The translations under genes were made by a program, and so were the position numbers. A stretch of DNA of 63,974 bases, the filler included, from Candidatus Babelota bacterium (GTDB taxonomy: Bacteria > JAGOBX01), in assembly GCA_017999075.1 (NCBI GenBank). It is 6 parts of 6 records of this genome, joined end to end, with 100 filler letters (N's around TTAATTAATTAA, not from the genome) between each part and the next. Parts side by side here need not be neighbours in the genome. Positions count along the whole stretch, not along the records: positions 55,678 to 63,974 come from JAGOBX010000139.1; 5 more parts are not named here. One strand, given 5' to 3'. This document shows, piece by piece, positions 63,701 through 63,974 of the stretch. The first letter of the stretch is position 1. Each line of letters begins with the position of its first letter. The notes under the pieces were generated by a model. It was not told where the DNA came from, ran no database searches, and saw only the letters and a list, made by a program, of their open reading frames with translations.

Positions 63701-63974
63701 TAATTGATAATTTCAGATTATCATTTACGGATTCCTGATTATTATTTTCAGAAATATCTTCGTAATCAAAATAATTTTCAATTTTCAATTTTTCATTTTC
63801 AATTATTCTTTGTTTCGGTTCGCCGTTAATTATTATAAATATTGTCCGCAATATTTCGTGACGCTCGACTAATTCATATATAGATATTCTGAAATATTCT
63901 ATATTTAAATTTCCTTCAATTTCAAGAGCCGCAGGCATATTATATGCGTTTTTCTGTTCTTCAAATTGCGACAA
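60756..63974 (-). CDS. NRPS module C, A(Phe/Tyr-like), T; 5' truncated by window end
   Basis: HHIISDGWS, YTSGSTGNPKG, FFEIGGHSL; specificity residues read by eye as DAYTIAAVCK; no TE. Confidence 0.93.
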   Translation of the reverse strand: MSQFEEQKNAYNMPAALEIEGNLNIEYFRISIYELVERHEILRTIFIIINGEPKQRIIENEKLKIENYFDYEDISENNNQESVNDNLKLSIINYKFDLTSLPLMKIKLIKICEQKFLLLFNMHHIISDGWSMNILIKDIMEFYNSKIEKRETNLKKLNIQYKDYALWQNELLDSEKIDKAREYWLEKFSGEIPVLEMPSDEQRPPVQTFRGNTFEGILTKDISDKIRKLCLKHNSSLFMFLTSAVKILLHRYTGAGDIIIGSPIAGRIHPDLANQIGFYVNTLALRDSITGEMMFKEFLDKVRETALEAYQNEIYPFDKLVETLNLKRDTSRSPVFDVMVVLQNNDETEIKLSGAKIKHKHVESNISKFDMTFNFAETSNNEITMAIEYNLDIYSESRINRLFAHFIELVKDVTSDDSKKISEINILPEEEKNKLIYQFNATEIDYPKNKTITQLFEEQVGKIPENAAVVFDDKKYTYYELNEDSNYIAGYLIKEKNIKAEEIIVVEMERSYFWIAAILGIMKAGGVYLPLVSGYPAERKKHILNESRAKFILIDKNSKIDKIESEENEYISIEDILSYKIISKIYNNNPLSLAYILYTSGSTGNPKGVMICHSGFVNMILYQIKAVNIQQNMRLLQISSNMFDASIYEIFISLLGGASLYIVPEQTKLNILSFENYIAENNITGGTFTPSFLSLCNKEIIRKLDFIITAGESANVNDLEYYKNYCNCYNAYGPTEISVCATIFKLKKDYKLKNNVPIGSPISNLKIYILNGQALSPINISGEICIAGPGLARGYLSNEKLTAEKFIEWNGNRIYRTGDIGRWNENGEIEFLGRIDDQVKIRGLRIELGEIESVLSKHSAIKENVVIAKKIRGEENELIAYYTLKNYELENNRIEKLAGNENRNDFKDSRTSINKSGNLKLAVGEIREFLGKFLPAYMIPAYFVELDKMPLNQNGKIDKKNLPMPLKSSLITEKEYKAPETETEKVVMQIWSEVLKIEKISVFENFFEIGGHSLKAVQVSTRIKKDLKIDIGIKEIFQYQTIKELAEYICLSKEILNSDEIKREDLNNAIDL

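Overview
AT-rich bacterial sequence, probably a draft genome or MAG, made of six unrelated contigs joined by artificial 100-nt linkers (N44-TTAATTAATTAA-N44 at 11116, 22255, 33381, 44491 and 55578). Adjacency across linkers carries no meaning. Contig 1 (1-11115) is one uninterrupted minus-strand reading frame of about 3700 codons that the ORF track missed. It encodes part of a giant surface protein: beta-helix/FN3-like modules, then ~91-aa Ig-like repeats arranged in a 7-domain, 1920-bp super-repeat. Contig 2 holds the C-terminal part of a similar giant protein with a T9SS-like C-terminal domain, then PorV-like, FecR and beta-barrel genes, tRNA-Ser(TGA) and waaF. Contig 3 is the best candidate for an undescribed system: a self-replicating integrative element with an Rhs toxin C-terminus and immunity gene, a hairpin-rich non-coding region, two palindromic Xer/dif-like sites inside 22-bp inverted repeats, a nucleotidyltransferase TA-like pair, an XRE repressor with operator, a counter-transcribed ~90-nt antisense RNA, a primase-helicase, iteron-like repeats and two tandem tyrosine recombinases. 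Contigs 4-5 are mostly envelope and housekeeping genes, plus a degenerate tRNA-Ala. Contig 6 is an NRPS fragment (Phe/Tyr-like module, then Thr module) with a B12-dependent radical SAM gene between the NRPS genes. All family assignments are by motif recognition; no searches were run.
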